From Octopus vulgaris (Eukaryota), in assembly GCA_951406725.2 (NCBI GenBank), contig OX597823.1:97216001-97280000 (forward strand): DNA of 64,000 bases. Direction: 5' to 3'. This document shows positions 1-13,399 of the stretch, piece after piece (positions within the stretch are counted from its first letter, which is position 1; every line of letters begins with the position of its first letter). The translations under genes were made by a program, and so were the position numbers. Below the pieces are notes generated by a model, which worked only from the letters and a program-made list of their open reading frames with translations, was not told the DNA's origin and ran no database searches.

Positions 1-462
1 CTTGATCGGTTCGTGTTTTAGCCACTGCCAGGTGGTGTGTTTAATTTGTTCACTGAACACAGCCGTGAATTCCCCCTTGTTTTTCAACCCTGCCCAAATC
101 ACAAAATAAGGGGGCGAAATCTGCCCTATTTTTCAAATCCTGGCAGCAACACTGTAGCTGGGAGCAGAATAATAATCTAATTCTACACTTTATTCACATT
201 CAAGAATATAAACACGTTTTTAAGCACAACACACGCGGAGTCAAAAAGAAACACCACCTTTCACCAGCACGCCAGGGTTGGCACTATTGTGCCATACAAG
301 CACTACAATAACGCGATGCAGAGTGGCTGGTTGTCTATTCAATTGCCGTCTGCCTCAGCCACCGAACCGACCACCTTTTATCCATGACAGCGTATTTAAC
401 AATGTGAAACTAAGGACATTTAGTTTCGTATCATTACAACACGCACTGCGGGAACCACAGTG

Positions 463-499
<37 letters not shown>

Positions 500-2071
500 C
501 CTGGCGTGAAGCTTCCTATGTTGGACATGTGAGCATGCGTACAACAACCAAACACCGCGTAACTGGAACAGTGAAGCGCACAGTTCTATACAAGGACTTT
601 TGTATCATTTTCATAAACATTAAGCTTAAGGTTTATATAATGTACAAGTATAAAGAAAGAATTAAAGAAAAAGGGACTCATTATATTGAGTGGAATAGGG
701 GGTGCTGCAGTTTCGCAGTGCCTATACACAAGCCGCCACTAGTGGAAAATATTTTAAACATTAATATGTTTAAAACAAACAAACGCGAAAGAAATTAGGA
801 AAATTGGTGAAAAGGCTCCTATGTAAGTTGTGTAATATAAAGTCCTTGTGTTCAAAGAAAGGTACAACACAATGATCGTGTGTAATATGTCCGTCAAGGC
901 TGTAAAAACAAACTTGCACTCGTTCCAGACTTGAAACCGTTCATTAAGCTTTTTATTTCCTATGGGCTCCATCCAATCAAAGTTACAAGTTTCCCGTCAG
1001 GCTGCTTTTTTTTGTGTACTATATCATGCTGGTGATATGTTCAATCTTGGTTCTATTAATTCAGTAATACTTCAGAGTTAGATAATCTCCACACATGCAC
1101 ATGTAATTCCCTTTCCTTATATTAACAATATACAAGCGATTCAAGAGGAGAAACCAGGAAAACAATTCCCACGCTATCTTTTCAGTCAAGTTTCATGTAG
1201 CAGCATCAAGTGCACATTGCGAAAGAAACAAACCCAGAACACTATTTCATCATTATGAACAATACAGATCTTAAGCCTCACTGTCTATGTAACCAACGCT
1301 GGAAATATGTTGTTCACGAACATGAACTAACTCTCCGAAAAAATAATAAGTCACACGATTGAGTCGGCGAAATACTTGCACACGTGAAGATCCTGGTTTT
1401 AAAATTGATTTAAGTGTGTAATGATTGAAAAGAACGAACTGCTGTGCGTTATTTCCTGAGCATTGTTATTGTCGATTTGGAAACTGCTAAATTAATTTTC
1501 CGATGATATTTCACTAATGACATATGCACTAAACCCGTCAGTATCAAGGATTCTGAAAAAAATAAAGTCCTGGACAAATTGAGAGGTCTGAGGTTCGTAT
1601 CGTGTTACTGGAAATTTAATTTTTTATGGATTGGTCTGGAGAAAGAGTGTGTCTATTGTTACACATAACCAGTTGAATTTGTTGTCAAATGTCCGAGTCA
1701 TTCTAGCTATAAATGAATATTAAAGCCAGGAATAACCTATTACACTATTAAAATAACTACTTGTTCATTTTGTAGTACTGAGTTCGATTTCTACTGTGGG
1801 TGCATGTTTCATCGTATAGCAATACTCGACCGTTCTATGTTGTGATATGAAATAGTCATTGACGGTGAACTGACAGAAGTAAGGTATTTTGTTGTGACTC
1901 TTTGTCTTGAGGACATCTTTAACTTTCATCTTTCATGTAGTGAGATCGTTGCAATCAGTCACACACCTTCTCACAAATTTGAGACGTTGTGCATATGGTG
2001 GAAATAAATATTGAATACAATGCATTGCCTGTCATCACCAACGGATGTTTTACTCTCTTTGACCGAAGTGA

Positions 2072-2424
2072 TCTCTCTATATATAAAGCTGAAGTTGTCT
2101 GTGTATGACAGGTTTGGTAGCCTTCAATTAACACTATCTCCTCCGAGACCCTGCGGCGCAAGTTGACCAAAATTGAGAGTATGATAGAAGAAGGCTTGCT
2201 CTTCCTTCCGTAGAAGAGAAAAATTCAAATCGGACCATGTTAACACCAAAAATTATTTACATCAAAAAGGTGCTTTTTTCTATGAAAATCCCTATTTTTT
2301 ACGATTTTTTGACTGCCGTGTCACCATTTTTGGGTGCATTTCAACCAGAAAAATGTTCACTTAAAGAGAATAACAAGCTACATAATGCGAAATTTTTACT
2401 TTTCAAAAATTCCAATTCTACTAG
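2072..2424 (+). mobile_element. Non-autonomous Helitron, copy 1 (3' hairpin deleted)
   Basis: A|TC 5' end and CTAG|T 3' end, no TSD; near-identical to copies at 19103, 25262 and 32654 but lacks the ~40 bp subterminal GC hairpin segment. Confidence 0.8.
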
Positions 2425-4331
2425 TAATTGTTATTATTTAGTCCTAAGTAGGACCAAAGGCTTTCCAACCATAGTTATAATTTTTTTTTTCTACAGGGAA
2501 AACGTTCCTCGTTCACAATATCCATTGTATCTAGACAATAAAGTAGGATTTTAGGGAGATTTGGCTGCTATTTGCTGCAGGTCGAGCAAGCACGCAATTG
2601 TTTCTTGCTGGCTAATAATGGTTTCTTACAAAGGAGATGTAACGTGAAAGCTTTAAGTGGGAACAGAATATTGTGATATTCATGCCTTTCCGAAGAGGAA
2701 ATCACGGAACAGGGAAAAAGATTACAGTTCTCCTGCACACCAAACGTACTTAAATGTAAGGTGTTTATTCTCCCACTGAGGCACCACATTGATAAGAACC
2801 GAAAATATGAAACCATTTGTGGTGTGAAAGGGATCAGGTAACGGCAAAACAAAATCGACAGAGCACTACATCACTTGGTTCTATTTTAGAAAGATAAATA
2901 GAATGAAAAGCGACCGAAATTACATTCAGCGGGAGTTCAAAACCATACAAAAGGAATCAGTTTGTGTATTCTGTGTATATAAACATATTGCGTGCGCACA
3001 CACTTACACACACACACACACACAAAACTTCTCCCAAATTTGATGCATATCTATACACACACGTATAGATAAGTAGAAAGAACAGTGGCGAAAGAGAATT
3101 GCTGTGTTGAGAACGATGAAAATTATATAGCTGGGTGTCAGGTTATCGAAAATTTTAGGCGTCGTCTCCTGCAGATAGGAACTGGAGGGTAGAAGGTAGA
3201 ATAGGAGAAAAAAACAGCAATATCAATGTCACTCACAGTAATTAATATGATGGTGTAAGAAGACACGGGGAAGGAAGAAGAAGAAGAAACAGAATGAAAA
3301 GAAAAGTGGGTGTGAAATAGTGAAAGTGAAACATATATACCTGTATTTTACATGGCTAAATATATACAGCGTCAAATATTACCGTTCCCACTCTTACCCC
3401 ACAGAATCGTTTTTAACCCTCCCAACCAACCACCTTTCTTTCAGCTTCTCACCTCATTGTCTACTTTTTCCGTTTCTTCTCTTTCTTTTTAATTTATTTG
3501 TTTTTCTTTTCTTTTTCTTTTTTCTTATCATTTTCTTACTCGTCATATCCCTTTCTCATTTCTTTCTTTCTCACTATTTTCTCACACTCTCTAACTCCGT
3601 CTGTTATCTTGTTCTATTCTCCCATCTTCGCTCATTCTTTCCCACCTGCTTCTCCGTATGGTTGCAATTTTCGCATAACGTCGACTTCTTTAGAAACGTT
3701 CGCATTATCGGAGAGTCGGTCAAAAAAACAGGGTCAAGTTTTTCGAAAAGGTTCTTCAACCAAGGTAAATGCTTTTATTTATACGTCCATATACACACAC
3801 ACATTGACTTTCATACTCAGTGATACATAGTTTCTAGTGACGGAAATCTTTTTCTTAAAATTACTACATAATGGGCCGTCCATCGAGCAGTATATCGTGT
3901 GGTGTTTGATTACGTTCTGGGTTCAAATCCCACCAAGACCGTTAAAAATTTTATGTCCTTCTCATTTTTGCAAAAGTGAAATCATTATACCTTTACGGCT
4001 ATGGAGATTCTTGTGGTACCGTAACGTTAAATTTAGAATACTCTTGAGCATTATATTTAATTAGACTTTCCATTAAGTCAAACCGTTCAATTGTCTTTAC
4101 AGTATCTACTTTGTTTAATAGAATAAATGTGCAAACTCTAAAACCGCACCGAAGTCCAACCGACTTCAATAGAATACCCGTAAAATATTGGGATGACAAT
4201 TATTGGTGGCATCACTTCTGTAAATAAATAAGTAAATAAATAAATAACAATAAAACGTGAAGGAGGCATCTAAGTGGTCATTCGATTTGCTTTGCAGTCA
4301 AATGTCTGTAAAACGAAACCCTACAACATTA

Positions 4332-4552
4332 ACCCATTTGGTACCATATTTTTATTGAAATACTCTGCCTTTGAATCAGTTTTGAAATTAATGAAGAATT
4401 TAGTAAAATAACTTTGTCCTTATTAAGCTGAGGTTTTTGAATATAAATTAACACGCCATTTTGACGGAAGGTTGTAACTTAGAGTATTTTAAAACAGGAA
4501 ATTTGATTTATGGAACAAAGGGCGGTTTGGACGGTTTGAGACAGGGCGAATA
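4332..4552. mobile_element. Degenerate piggyBac-like MITE
   Basis: TTAA-CCC start; internal similarity to the intact copy at 59558-59777. Confidence 0.5.
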
Positions 4553-4773
4553 AGAAAAGGACACATGAAATAATCTAGTCCCCCAACACTCTTGCAAAGA
4601 CTGATAAACATGGCTGGAACGCCTTTGATCATAGATCTGCACGAGAGGCGCTGGCCGAAGGTTAAACAAGTGGCTTAGTCAGTAGGCAGTCTTTTTTCCC
4701 GCCTCTCTCCACTTCTTTCCGCCGTCCCATTACTCTGTTGTTTTTGCAGTTGATACTGATGTTGTTGTTTAAA

Positions 4774-5003
4774 GGCGGCGAGCTGGCAGAATCGTTAGCA
4801 CGCCGGGCGAAATGCGTTGCCGTATTTCGTCTGCCGTTACGTTCCGAGTTCAAATTCCGCCGAGGTCGACTTTGCTTCTCATCCTTTCGGGGTCGATAAA
4901 TTAAATACCAGTTACGCACTAGGATCGATGTTATTGACTTAATCCGTTTGCCTGTCCTTGTTTGTCTCCTCTATGTTTAGCCCCTTTTGGGTAGTAAAGA
5001 AAC
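4774..5003 (+). mobile_element. tRNA-derived SINE family A
   Basis: GGCGGCGAGCTGGCAGAA head, B-box GAGTTCAAATTC; 18-bp TSD GATACTGATGTTGTTGTT (4752-4769 / 5005-5022). Confidence 0.9.
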
Positions 5004-6020
5004 AGATACTGATGTTGTTGTTCAGTCCTATTCAAGCAGATCGATGTTTGCTTACCTTGATATTGTTGTATTATCCCTAGTCAGTCCAGATCGAACAGAT
5101 CTATCGATTAAAGCCCTTCTAACCGTGTCTAACAATTTTCTTTTATATCATCATCTCGTGTTTTAAGACAGGAAAGTGAATTTTGCATGAGATTTAGTTA
5201 CTATTTCTAATTGATTGAGCGACCACCTGAAGTTTTCCTTCTTTGTTTATGCTAATATTGTTGTTTACCAAACCTCCCCTCAACCTCCCTCCACCACCAC
5301 CACCACCAAATTGAGCAGACTTATGATTAAAAGCGCTCTAGTTGTGATTTTTGTGACTTTTGTTTTATTTTTCAGACTATAATATTTAATACGCTTATTG
5401 TTTTTGAAGACGGCAGTAAGATTTGATGAAGGTTTGGCTGCTATTTCTAGCAAATCAAACGCCCACATAAAAACCCTCTTGTTGGCTCATATCATTGGCT
5501 CTGCTGTTGTTAATCTCTGGTTAACCCTTATGAAGCAGACCTATGATCAAAATCATTCCAGCATCGACGAATATCCCATTCCCAGACTTCTTTTGATATC
5601 GAAGAATATACAGTTCAGTGTATCCTATTCTCGATAGAGAATCACTTGAGAGAGAGAGATTGTGCTGTCATTTCTAGTAGGCTAAGCAACCTTATAGGGG
5701 CTCTCTGTATGACAAATCGTTGCGGGTGAAGAAATGTTTGATATCGTCAAAATCCGAAAAATCTCCCCAGTCTGCTTCACCCAAAGAATTGTCATCCCAG
5801 CACACAGCGAGCATAATTTGTATAAGGATAACAAAATTTCATTCATTTATGAATTTGTTTTGCAAAGATTCCTGATGTGAAATCGTGTATTGAAACAATT
5901 ATTTCAGGATAGTCATTATTTTTTTTTTTTGGCTAAATAAACACATGCACTATGTACTCGTTCTTCACTTCAGGTTTATTGTATTATTGTTCTTATTTTA
6001 TGTCATATGTCTGGAAATCT

Positions 6021-6280
6021 GGTGGTGGTGGTGGTGGTGGTGGTGGTGGCGATGGTGGTGGTGGCGGTAATGGTGTTGGTGGTGGTTGTTTAGCAACAAG
6101 ACGGGTAAGGGTGATTAGGTGATGGTCTAGGGCTTAGGGGCGGGAGACCCCAGACCTTGGAAAAAAAACTTTGGTCGTCTTGTTGTAGTTGAGGGCTCTT
6201 CGTTGACGCCCGACACTACTGGGAAGTGACCCTCGAAGTCGCTGGAAATGGAAATCTCCAGGTGCAAATTCCTGAACGGC

Positions 6281-6311
<31 letters not shown>

Positions 6312-6362
6312 GTTGGTGGTGGTGGTGGTGGTGGTGGAGATAGATAGTAGTAGTAGTAGTAG
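6021..6362. repeat. (GGT)n / (GTT)n / (AGT)n trinucleotide tracts
   Basis: Direct reading at 6021-6090 and 6281-6362. Confidence 0.9.
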
Positions 6363-6652
6363 TCTGATCTTAACCCTGACACCAAATCAAAAAAAAATTA
6401 TCATCCCAAGTGCTGTCACCTGAAAAAGATTGATCTTCCCAGGATATTCCATACTCGTAGAATAGTCGCCCTGCTAAAATCTGGGCGGACGATTCTTCAG
6501 ATGATCTAAAATTAATCTTGTTATATTTCTACTTTGACATCACCAGAAATATTCATTTACATTGAGCCCTGGAAAAGTGTATGGAAATCCATTTGGAGCA
6601 GCAACTGGCTATTGTGTGTTTATGATCGACTTTGCCTTTCGTCCTTTTAGAG

Positions 6653-7437
6653 CAATGGTTCTCAACCGGGTCCATGTGGCTCCGGTCCATCCAGTGCTAG
6701 ATTAACCATTAAGCAAAATAAGCATGAGCTTAGGGCATCAAAGAAGGTGGTGGGGGCACCACAGAATTGGTAAATGGCTTACGGCACAAAAGAAATCACT
6801 TTAAACTTGCTAAAATAATATTCATGATCAGAAATATAATTTCAAAGTGTTCATGGTGTAATATAGAGGATCTGACCAAAGACTTTGCTATTAAAAAAAG
6901 ATAGGAGCAAACTTTTCAAATATAAATAAAGTGGAATTATACAAAATTAAACATTATTTTCCATCTTACTGTTAATTCTGTTTCATTTTGGAAAATATAA
7001 ATTTATTTTATGGTTTATCGTTGTTTATATTTTGAATTCCATATATACGGGGGCATCAAAATCTATTAAATGCTTAGGGCCTCTATGGGTCCTAATCCGG
7101 CCCTGGGTCCATATAAGATTGGCCGGGGGGGGGGGGGGGGTCCACGTAACAAAATAGTAAATTGGGGATCCACCATAGTATTTTAAGGGCCCTGAAAAAA
7201 ATGGTACATTAGATGTATGTATTGGTATGCATTGTAAGAAACAGGTTTCTTTCATAAACATTTTACATAGTTCAACCTACACAAGTTTATGTGTGAAAAA
7301 CAAAATAGGAATTTTGGAAGAAGTTTCCAGAAAACTAAATTTTAAATATCGGATGGCTATGGGGGTCCAGAATAAGACCCCCAGAGTAAGATAGTAATCA
7401 AAGGAGTCCATAGATGAAAAATGGTTGAGAACTCCTG
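6653..7437. mobile_element. hAT (Charlie-like) MITE inserted into a family A SINE
   Basis: TIR CAATGGTTCTCAACC / GGTTGAGAACTCCTG; degenerate 8-bp TSD TTTTAGAG/TTTTGGCG; SINE core sequence resumes on both sides. Confidence 0.75.
6692..7105. mobile_element. hAT MITE nested inside the previous MITE
   Basis: TIR CAGTGCTAGATTA / TAATCCGGCCCTG; 8-bp TSD GGTCCATC/GGTCCATA; solo end of the same family at ~11414. Confidence 0.75.
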
Positions 7438-7544
7438 TTTTGGCGGATGAAATAAGTACCAGTTACGCACTGGGGTTGATGTAATCGATTAGCCCCCTAT
7501 CTCCAAACTCCCAGGCCTTGTGCTTATATTAGAAAGGCGTATTC

Positions 7545-7745
7545 TTTTATTTTCTTTTATTATTTGTCTCTTTCGTTTGACTTCGGCCATTCTGGAGCAC
7601 TGCCTTAAAGGGTTTTAGTCGAACAAATCGACCCCAGGACTTATTCTTTGTAAGCCTAGTACTTATTCTATCAGTCTTTTGCCGAACCGCTAAGTTACAG
7701 GGACATAAGCACACCACCATCGATTGTCAAGCGATGGTGAGAGGA

Positions 7746-7818
<73 letters not shown>

Positions 7819-7972
7819 GACGGGCTTCTTTCAGTTTCCGTCCACTGCCAAATCTACTCACAAGGCTTTGGTCCTATAGCCCGAGGCTATAGTAGAAGAC
7901 ACTTCCCCAAGATGCCATGGAGTGGGACTGAACCCGGAACCATGTAGATGGGAAGCAAACTTCTTACAACGC
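7545..7972 (-). mobile_element. tRNA-derived SINE family B (CORE-like, internal microsatellite)
   Basis: Matches copies at 23991, 28565, 45076 etc.; central (CA)n(TA)n. Confidence 0.85.
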
Positions 7973-8253
7973 CAAGGTTTTTAAATTTTTTTTTAAGGGT
8001 GATGGAATAATAGATTTGGTCCAGCGTTAGATTCAGGAAAGTTAGATATAAAGCTGCCCTGGCCCGACTTTGTCTTTTATTCATGAGAGTTGGATTTATT
8101 AAGTACCAAAAGATTATTGGTCGGTCGATCCGTTCGGCTGTTTACTTCTCCCCAATTACTGACTTTGGGAAATCGATATTATATGCATAATCTCGTGGTC
8201 TATTGACGTATTGATCTCACCCATCCATCTATGACAGATAGGTAAATGAACAA

Positions 8254-8343
8254 AGAAGAAGAAGAAGAAGAAGAAGAAGAAGAAGAAGAAGAAGAAGAAG
8301 AAGAAGAAGAAGAAGAAGAAGAAGAAGAAGAAGAAGAAGAAGA
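8254..8343. repeat. (GAA)n microsatellite
   Basis: About 30 perfect units. Confidence 0.98.
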
Positions 8344-8800
8344 CGAACATAAATAATTTAGGGTTTTCGTTTTTTTTTTTTAAGACATGCTATATACTTT
8401 ATAGATTCAGCGCGTGTAATAACAGAATCTTAAAATAGTTTTTTAATTGATAACTTCAGCAACGTAGTGGGCTTGTGTATTGCCCGCCTCTATTCATCTG
8501 TCTTATCCTTACCACCAGCTGCTTCCTTTACTAACAGATGTCACGCCTGAGCACTCAACACTCTCATATATATATATATAGCTGACGGTGAGGAGGTTAA
8601 GAAATCTAAAACTACCTTAACTTCAGTCAGTTTAGCGTTGGCAGATGGATATCAGTTAACGACTAGATACATCTGCGACGTTGGAACATTTATTTATCTA
8701 CTCATCTTACATGTTTTTAAGATTTACTGCAAAGAATTTGGTGTGTTGAGGGTGTAAAGAGAGTAAAGAGGAAGGTAGCTAATGCAGACAAATGCATAAT

Positions 8801-8895
<95 letters not shown>
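8801..8895. repeat. (GATA)n microsatellite
   Basis: Direct reading. Confidence 0.98.
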
Positions 8896-8896
<1 letters not shown>

Positions 8897-9059
8897 ACTG
8901 AGATTTATAGAAATACATAGACATGACAACATTATTTACGTTTAACAGATTATCAGATGCAAACATTTAAATAGAAAGAAGCAGGAAAGGAGATATATAA
9001 TAATGGGAGAAGGCGGAGCAAAGTAGCGAAAGATGGAGTGGACGATGGACCACATACTC

Positions 9060-10090
9060 CACAACAAATTGTGTGCTCCGCTGCGCCCCGCGGTAATGAC
9101 TGCAATGGCGCTGTCGCGGATAATGGCCAGCGACACACGCTATAGTAGCTACTCCACCTCGCAGGGCTCATTCCTTCGACGGGCCGCCGTTATCCCTTTT
9201 TAGTGAAAGAAATCAGTAGTATGGAGTTATAGAACACCTGGGGTCACGACGGTGACCGGCACAAACTGATAGCGGCCGGCCAGGCTAGGCCCCTGTATTT
9301 ATTGATTTTTCTCTCCTTCGCGTTACGGGCTTGCTGTTTTGCGTTACGGGCTTGTGGTCTTGCGTTACGGATCCGGGTTTGCGGTCGATGCTACAAGATC
9401 GGATCCGGAGAATCTGTCGCTGCACGTCGCATCCCAGACTAGAGATCTGCTTCCCTCGAATCAGAAGAATGTTATTCTCTCGGGACGCTTACCGTCGCCG
9501 TGGTCAAGACCTACTGGCTCAAGTTGAAACGGAAAGTCAGCCGCATCAAGGCCCTTCTGAGCGGCGTGTCGGGGGAATCGACCAGCGCTAAGGTTGCAGA
9601 TTAAAGGATGCAGGCCAAAATCGTCTATTACTGCTCCGCAGTAACATTTGTGCAACCCACTCATACAGAAATCGAGGTGTTGGGCCACTCCGTTACAGGT
9701 GCACTCATCATCTAGAAAGGTACTGGTAGATGAGGAGGGCAACGAATTGAGCCACGTGTTGATATTTGGCTACGAGGCGGAACGGAGGCAGCCAAGGCAG
9801 TGTTGGTCTAGTGATGTCTCTTAGCCGCTCGTGGGTGGACTTGCATCTGATGTCGTCCCAGTTGCGTTGGACATCCGTATTCTGGGGGACGCAAGCCCAT
9901 CAGCAGTCCAATTGGCTGATGCTAACTCCAATTCCAGTGCTACATCTTGTTCGGCTATCCCGTGGAGTATATCGCCAATGGCTGATTTCGGATAGTTATA
10001 AAAACAAGAACTCCGTAAGCCAAAGTCAGTTAGTGAGAACTGAGTCTGGCTGACCGGCTGAACGAAACACTCTCTAAAGGAAAAAGTACA
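9060..10090 (-). mobile_element. Degenerate CRE-like non-LTR retrotransposon 3' half (zinc knuckle + restriction-like endonuclease)
   Basis: Translated fragments HKCYCGAVIDDFGLHPLICNLSAGRFPRHAA, LEPVGLDHGDGKRPERIT and RVSLAIIRDSAIAV match CRE-clade CCHC/REL motifs; frameshifted. Confidence 0.75.
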
Positions 10091-10405
10091 AAGGAACAAC
10101 TATGAAAACTCACCAACGAAGCAGTTGTTTCGTCCTACCACTCCCACTTTCACTAACTCACTTTCTTTTCTCTGTAACATTACCATATCTCTCTATATAT
10201 ACTACTATGAGATCGTGTACACACATACCGACTGAAATTAACTCTTTTTACCTCGCATGCTTTCCCATTTACTAGTTATACATACCAACCCGACGTAGTT
10301 TTGGATATGTACAAAGTAACGGTAAATAAATATCTTTTTACAACTTCAGTCACTGTTCTTTCATCTTTCACATCCTACAACAAGCCGTTGCAATAAATCT
10401 TTGCG

Positions 10406-10458
<53 letters not shown>

Positions 10459-10686
10459 ACACATATATATATATTACATATATATATATTAAAAAACAGG
10501 AATATGGAAAATGTCTTTGGTATTATTTATTAACCATTACACATGTTTCATTTAATAATAGGAATCACAAAATTGTACATGTTGGATGAACATGTACAAT
10601 TTCTAATTAGAAATTCTTCGCTCAGAGAATCAAATAATATACACTCCTTCAAGAGGACACAGCTTGGATTTTTTGCCTACCTACAT

Positions 10687-10781
<95 letters not shown>

Positions 10782-11139
10782 TTGGAGTATGCTGGTGATC
10801 GACTTCATGACAATCAATCTTGTGGCCTTTCTCTGGATTTTTTTGGTAGAAATTGCTAAAACAGTTGAAGAAATATATCTTTGTTTGAAATAATTAAGAT
10901 TCTAGAATACTCAGACATGCGTATACACTCTCAGACGCATATTCAGAAAGACTCGAGCAAGAGCGCATATACGCACATACATGCTGAAACATAAATATTG
11001 CAACAAAAACCCAAGAAAATATATAATGCAAAAAATATCGTTTTTTTTTTCTTCAGTGAGAGGATCCATCAAGACTGTGGTCAGTGGAAATTTTTGCGGC
11101 GAAGAATAAAGTAAACCCGTAGCTTAACTAGGACTAACC

Positions 11140-11180
11140 ATGAGTTGGCATCTTAAATCACTCAACGACGACAAAGAAAT
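11140..11180 (+). CDS. Orphan gene, coding exon 1 (MSWHLKSLNDDKE)
   Basis: Poly-T + CAG acceptor at 11056, ACCATG start at 11140, GTAAGT donor at 11181; phase 2 matches the exon at 17339. Confidence 0.5.
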
Positions 11181-11689
11181 GTAAGTAACGCGTTTTTTGA
11201 TAGTTTCTTTACTTGATAATCTTTATTCACTAGAGAAACGTCAGCAATATAATGGAGTGTTTCAACAAGCGATTCATCTGGTACATTGACGTATTTCCAG
11301 ATAATGAGTATTGCTATAGCAAGAACCCAACTGCGTGGTACATTGAGTATGTAAGTATCTAACATGGTCTTAGATTGAGCGTTATCTTGTGAGTGAAATA
11401 CATACAAAGCAGCCAGGGCTGGATTAAGACCCATAGAGGCCCAAAATGCCCCAATATTTCTTTTGGCGGTGAAAATTCGTTCGTTGCCCTTGACAATAAA
11501 CGTTCTATTTTCTATTTTATGTCAGTTGCCGTAACAACATTTCTCTTCCAGATGTAGTTCTGTCACCAATGAAAACGTATTGCTATTGTTGTTGTATAGA
11601 TCAATACCAAATCTGTCTTCGATCTGACCGTCTATCATTCATAATACGCCCACCTTTGAAAATTGGTTTGGTTTTCCAGGAGACGTTAA

Positions 11690-12930
11690 ATATGTTACAT
11701 AGTCTGTGAGGGTGACCGCGTGCGTATCGTTGGCGATTTTCTTTCTCCGTCTTCCCTTCCTTGGACTTTACTTTTTTCTATATTTCTGACGAAGAGCTCT
11801 GCTCGAAACGTTAAATCCTTCTTCTTTCTTTCCTTTCTTGAGCGTCCAATAACACTATACTTGTTCCACGTCCGCGCGTGTTGTGTTTTCTCTTTGTTCA
11901 TGTTTAGATTAACTATATATTCGTTTCTCTTTGTGTTCGACGTCCCTTTGGTGTCCTGTACTCATATATGCGTGTATATGTACATGTAGAGGTAGGTACG
12001 TACATATATGTTTATATATATGCATATGTTTTATTTCATTTATTAATATATTATATGACTAAACGCACGCACCCTCTTAAGTAAGATTGTTCTGTATATC
12101 AAGTTTTTGTCTTGATATTAACTCTCACGCGCACTCTTCACCTTTCTGTCCCATCCCTATTCTTTGATTTTCTTTGTCCCCCACTTAACTCGTCTCTTCC
12201 TCTCTCTCTCATTCTTCACTCTCTCTCTCCCCCTCACCATTCTTCATGGTCTCCTCGCAGCCATTCCTCTTCTTCTCTCTCTTCCTCTTGCTCCTCCTCC
12301 CCCCTTCCCGTCGTCCACCCGCGACGATACTTCCGCCCTGACTGTCTTTTTTGGCCTGGCTTTCAAGGTAACTGGACAACATTCTTCCTGCTCTCCTGTC
12401 GTTCACAAAAAATTCTGCGTTTGCAATACTTTTTTCGTTCGGCGCCAACAGCCCTTCTTATCTTGTTTTTCCCTGTCCTGTCTTTTACAGTTATATTTTT
12501 TTACTGTTTATATTTTTTTACTGTTTATTTTTTTTACTGTTTATATTTTTTGTACTGTCGTTACTGTCCTGTTTTTTTTTTACCATTTTTTACCCCTCTG
12601 CGAAAAGATCTCAGAATTTTAATTGATTTGCTTTTCGCTGGAAGGAAAGTTTCTTGTCGAAGATACGTCTCGCTTTTATCCTTCGAAACGTAGAGTAGAT
12701 GAAACCTTAGCGACTGAAGAAGGGGTTTTTTCGTTGTGTTAATTGTCCTGTGCTCCATTTTTTGTTGTTTTCAAAAAAATGTCCAGTTCCTTTGGTTTGT
12801 GTCTATGTTTTCGTTTCTCTTTGTGTTCGACGTCCCTTTGGTGTCCTGTACTCATATATGCGTGTATATGTACATGTAGAGGTAGGTACGTACATATATG
12901 TTTATATATATGCATATGTTTTATTTCATT

Positions 12931-12935
<5 letters not shown>
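11690..12935 (+). mobile_element. Penelope-like (PLE) pseudo-LTR relics
   Basis: Minimal hammerhead at 11782; ~125-bp direct repeat 11921-12046 / 12811-12935 ending in (TA)n; second degenerate GAAACGTA motif at ~12685. Confidence 0.55.
11782..11816 (+). ncRNA. Minimal type I hammerhead ribozyme (PLE type)
   Basis: ATTT-CTGACGA-A-GAGC(TCT)GCTC-GAAAC-GTT-AAAT: intact core, stem I 4 bp, stem II 4 bp, palindromic AACGTT stem III. Confidence 0.75.
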
Positions 12936-12996
<61 letters not shown>

Positions 12997-13399
12997 TGCT
13001 ATAAATAGTATTTGGTAAACACGAAGAAACTGTATATATTGTGTCATGTACGTAGAAGCTAAAACACAAGGTGGCCTTAATTAAAACAATATAGTTTTCA
13101 AAGTGATCCAACATAATATACACTCTGTAAATGTGTAGATTCCAACAACAAGCAATTTTTCCAATTGTGTACCCAGTGTATTTCTGTGTTGACCCACTTT
13201 TCTCAATGCCCTAATCACGTGCTTATTTCGCTTAATGGTTAGTGCAGGGCATAGGGTTGATGGTGCTAGGGGCAATATAAATTTTGGCTCCCTTATAATT
13301 TTTTTTAAATGTTGAGATGGAGAGAAAACTTCAGAAATAAAAAAAGAGAACAGCTCAAGAGCAGCATCAAATCTTCAAACCGTTTCATCAATATAACAC

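Noticed and set aside
795-950. Cys-rich frame (LLCKLCNIK...SCVICPSR) reminiscent of a piggyBac C-terminal domain
   Set aside because: Short, with two stops and no DDD region or TIRs visible; cannot be supported
3320-3830. 167-aa hydrophobic ORF
   Set aside because: Product of a T/C-rich low-complexity tract; no splice or homology support
8949-9060. TTTAACAG acceptor-like site followed by purine-rich sequence
   Set aside because: Runs into the 3' end of the minus-strand CRE relic, has stops and no matching donor
12112-12693. 193-aa ORF
   Set aside because: Low-complexity pyrimidine-rich repeat interior, no true ATG and no recognisable domain
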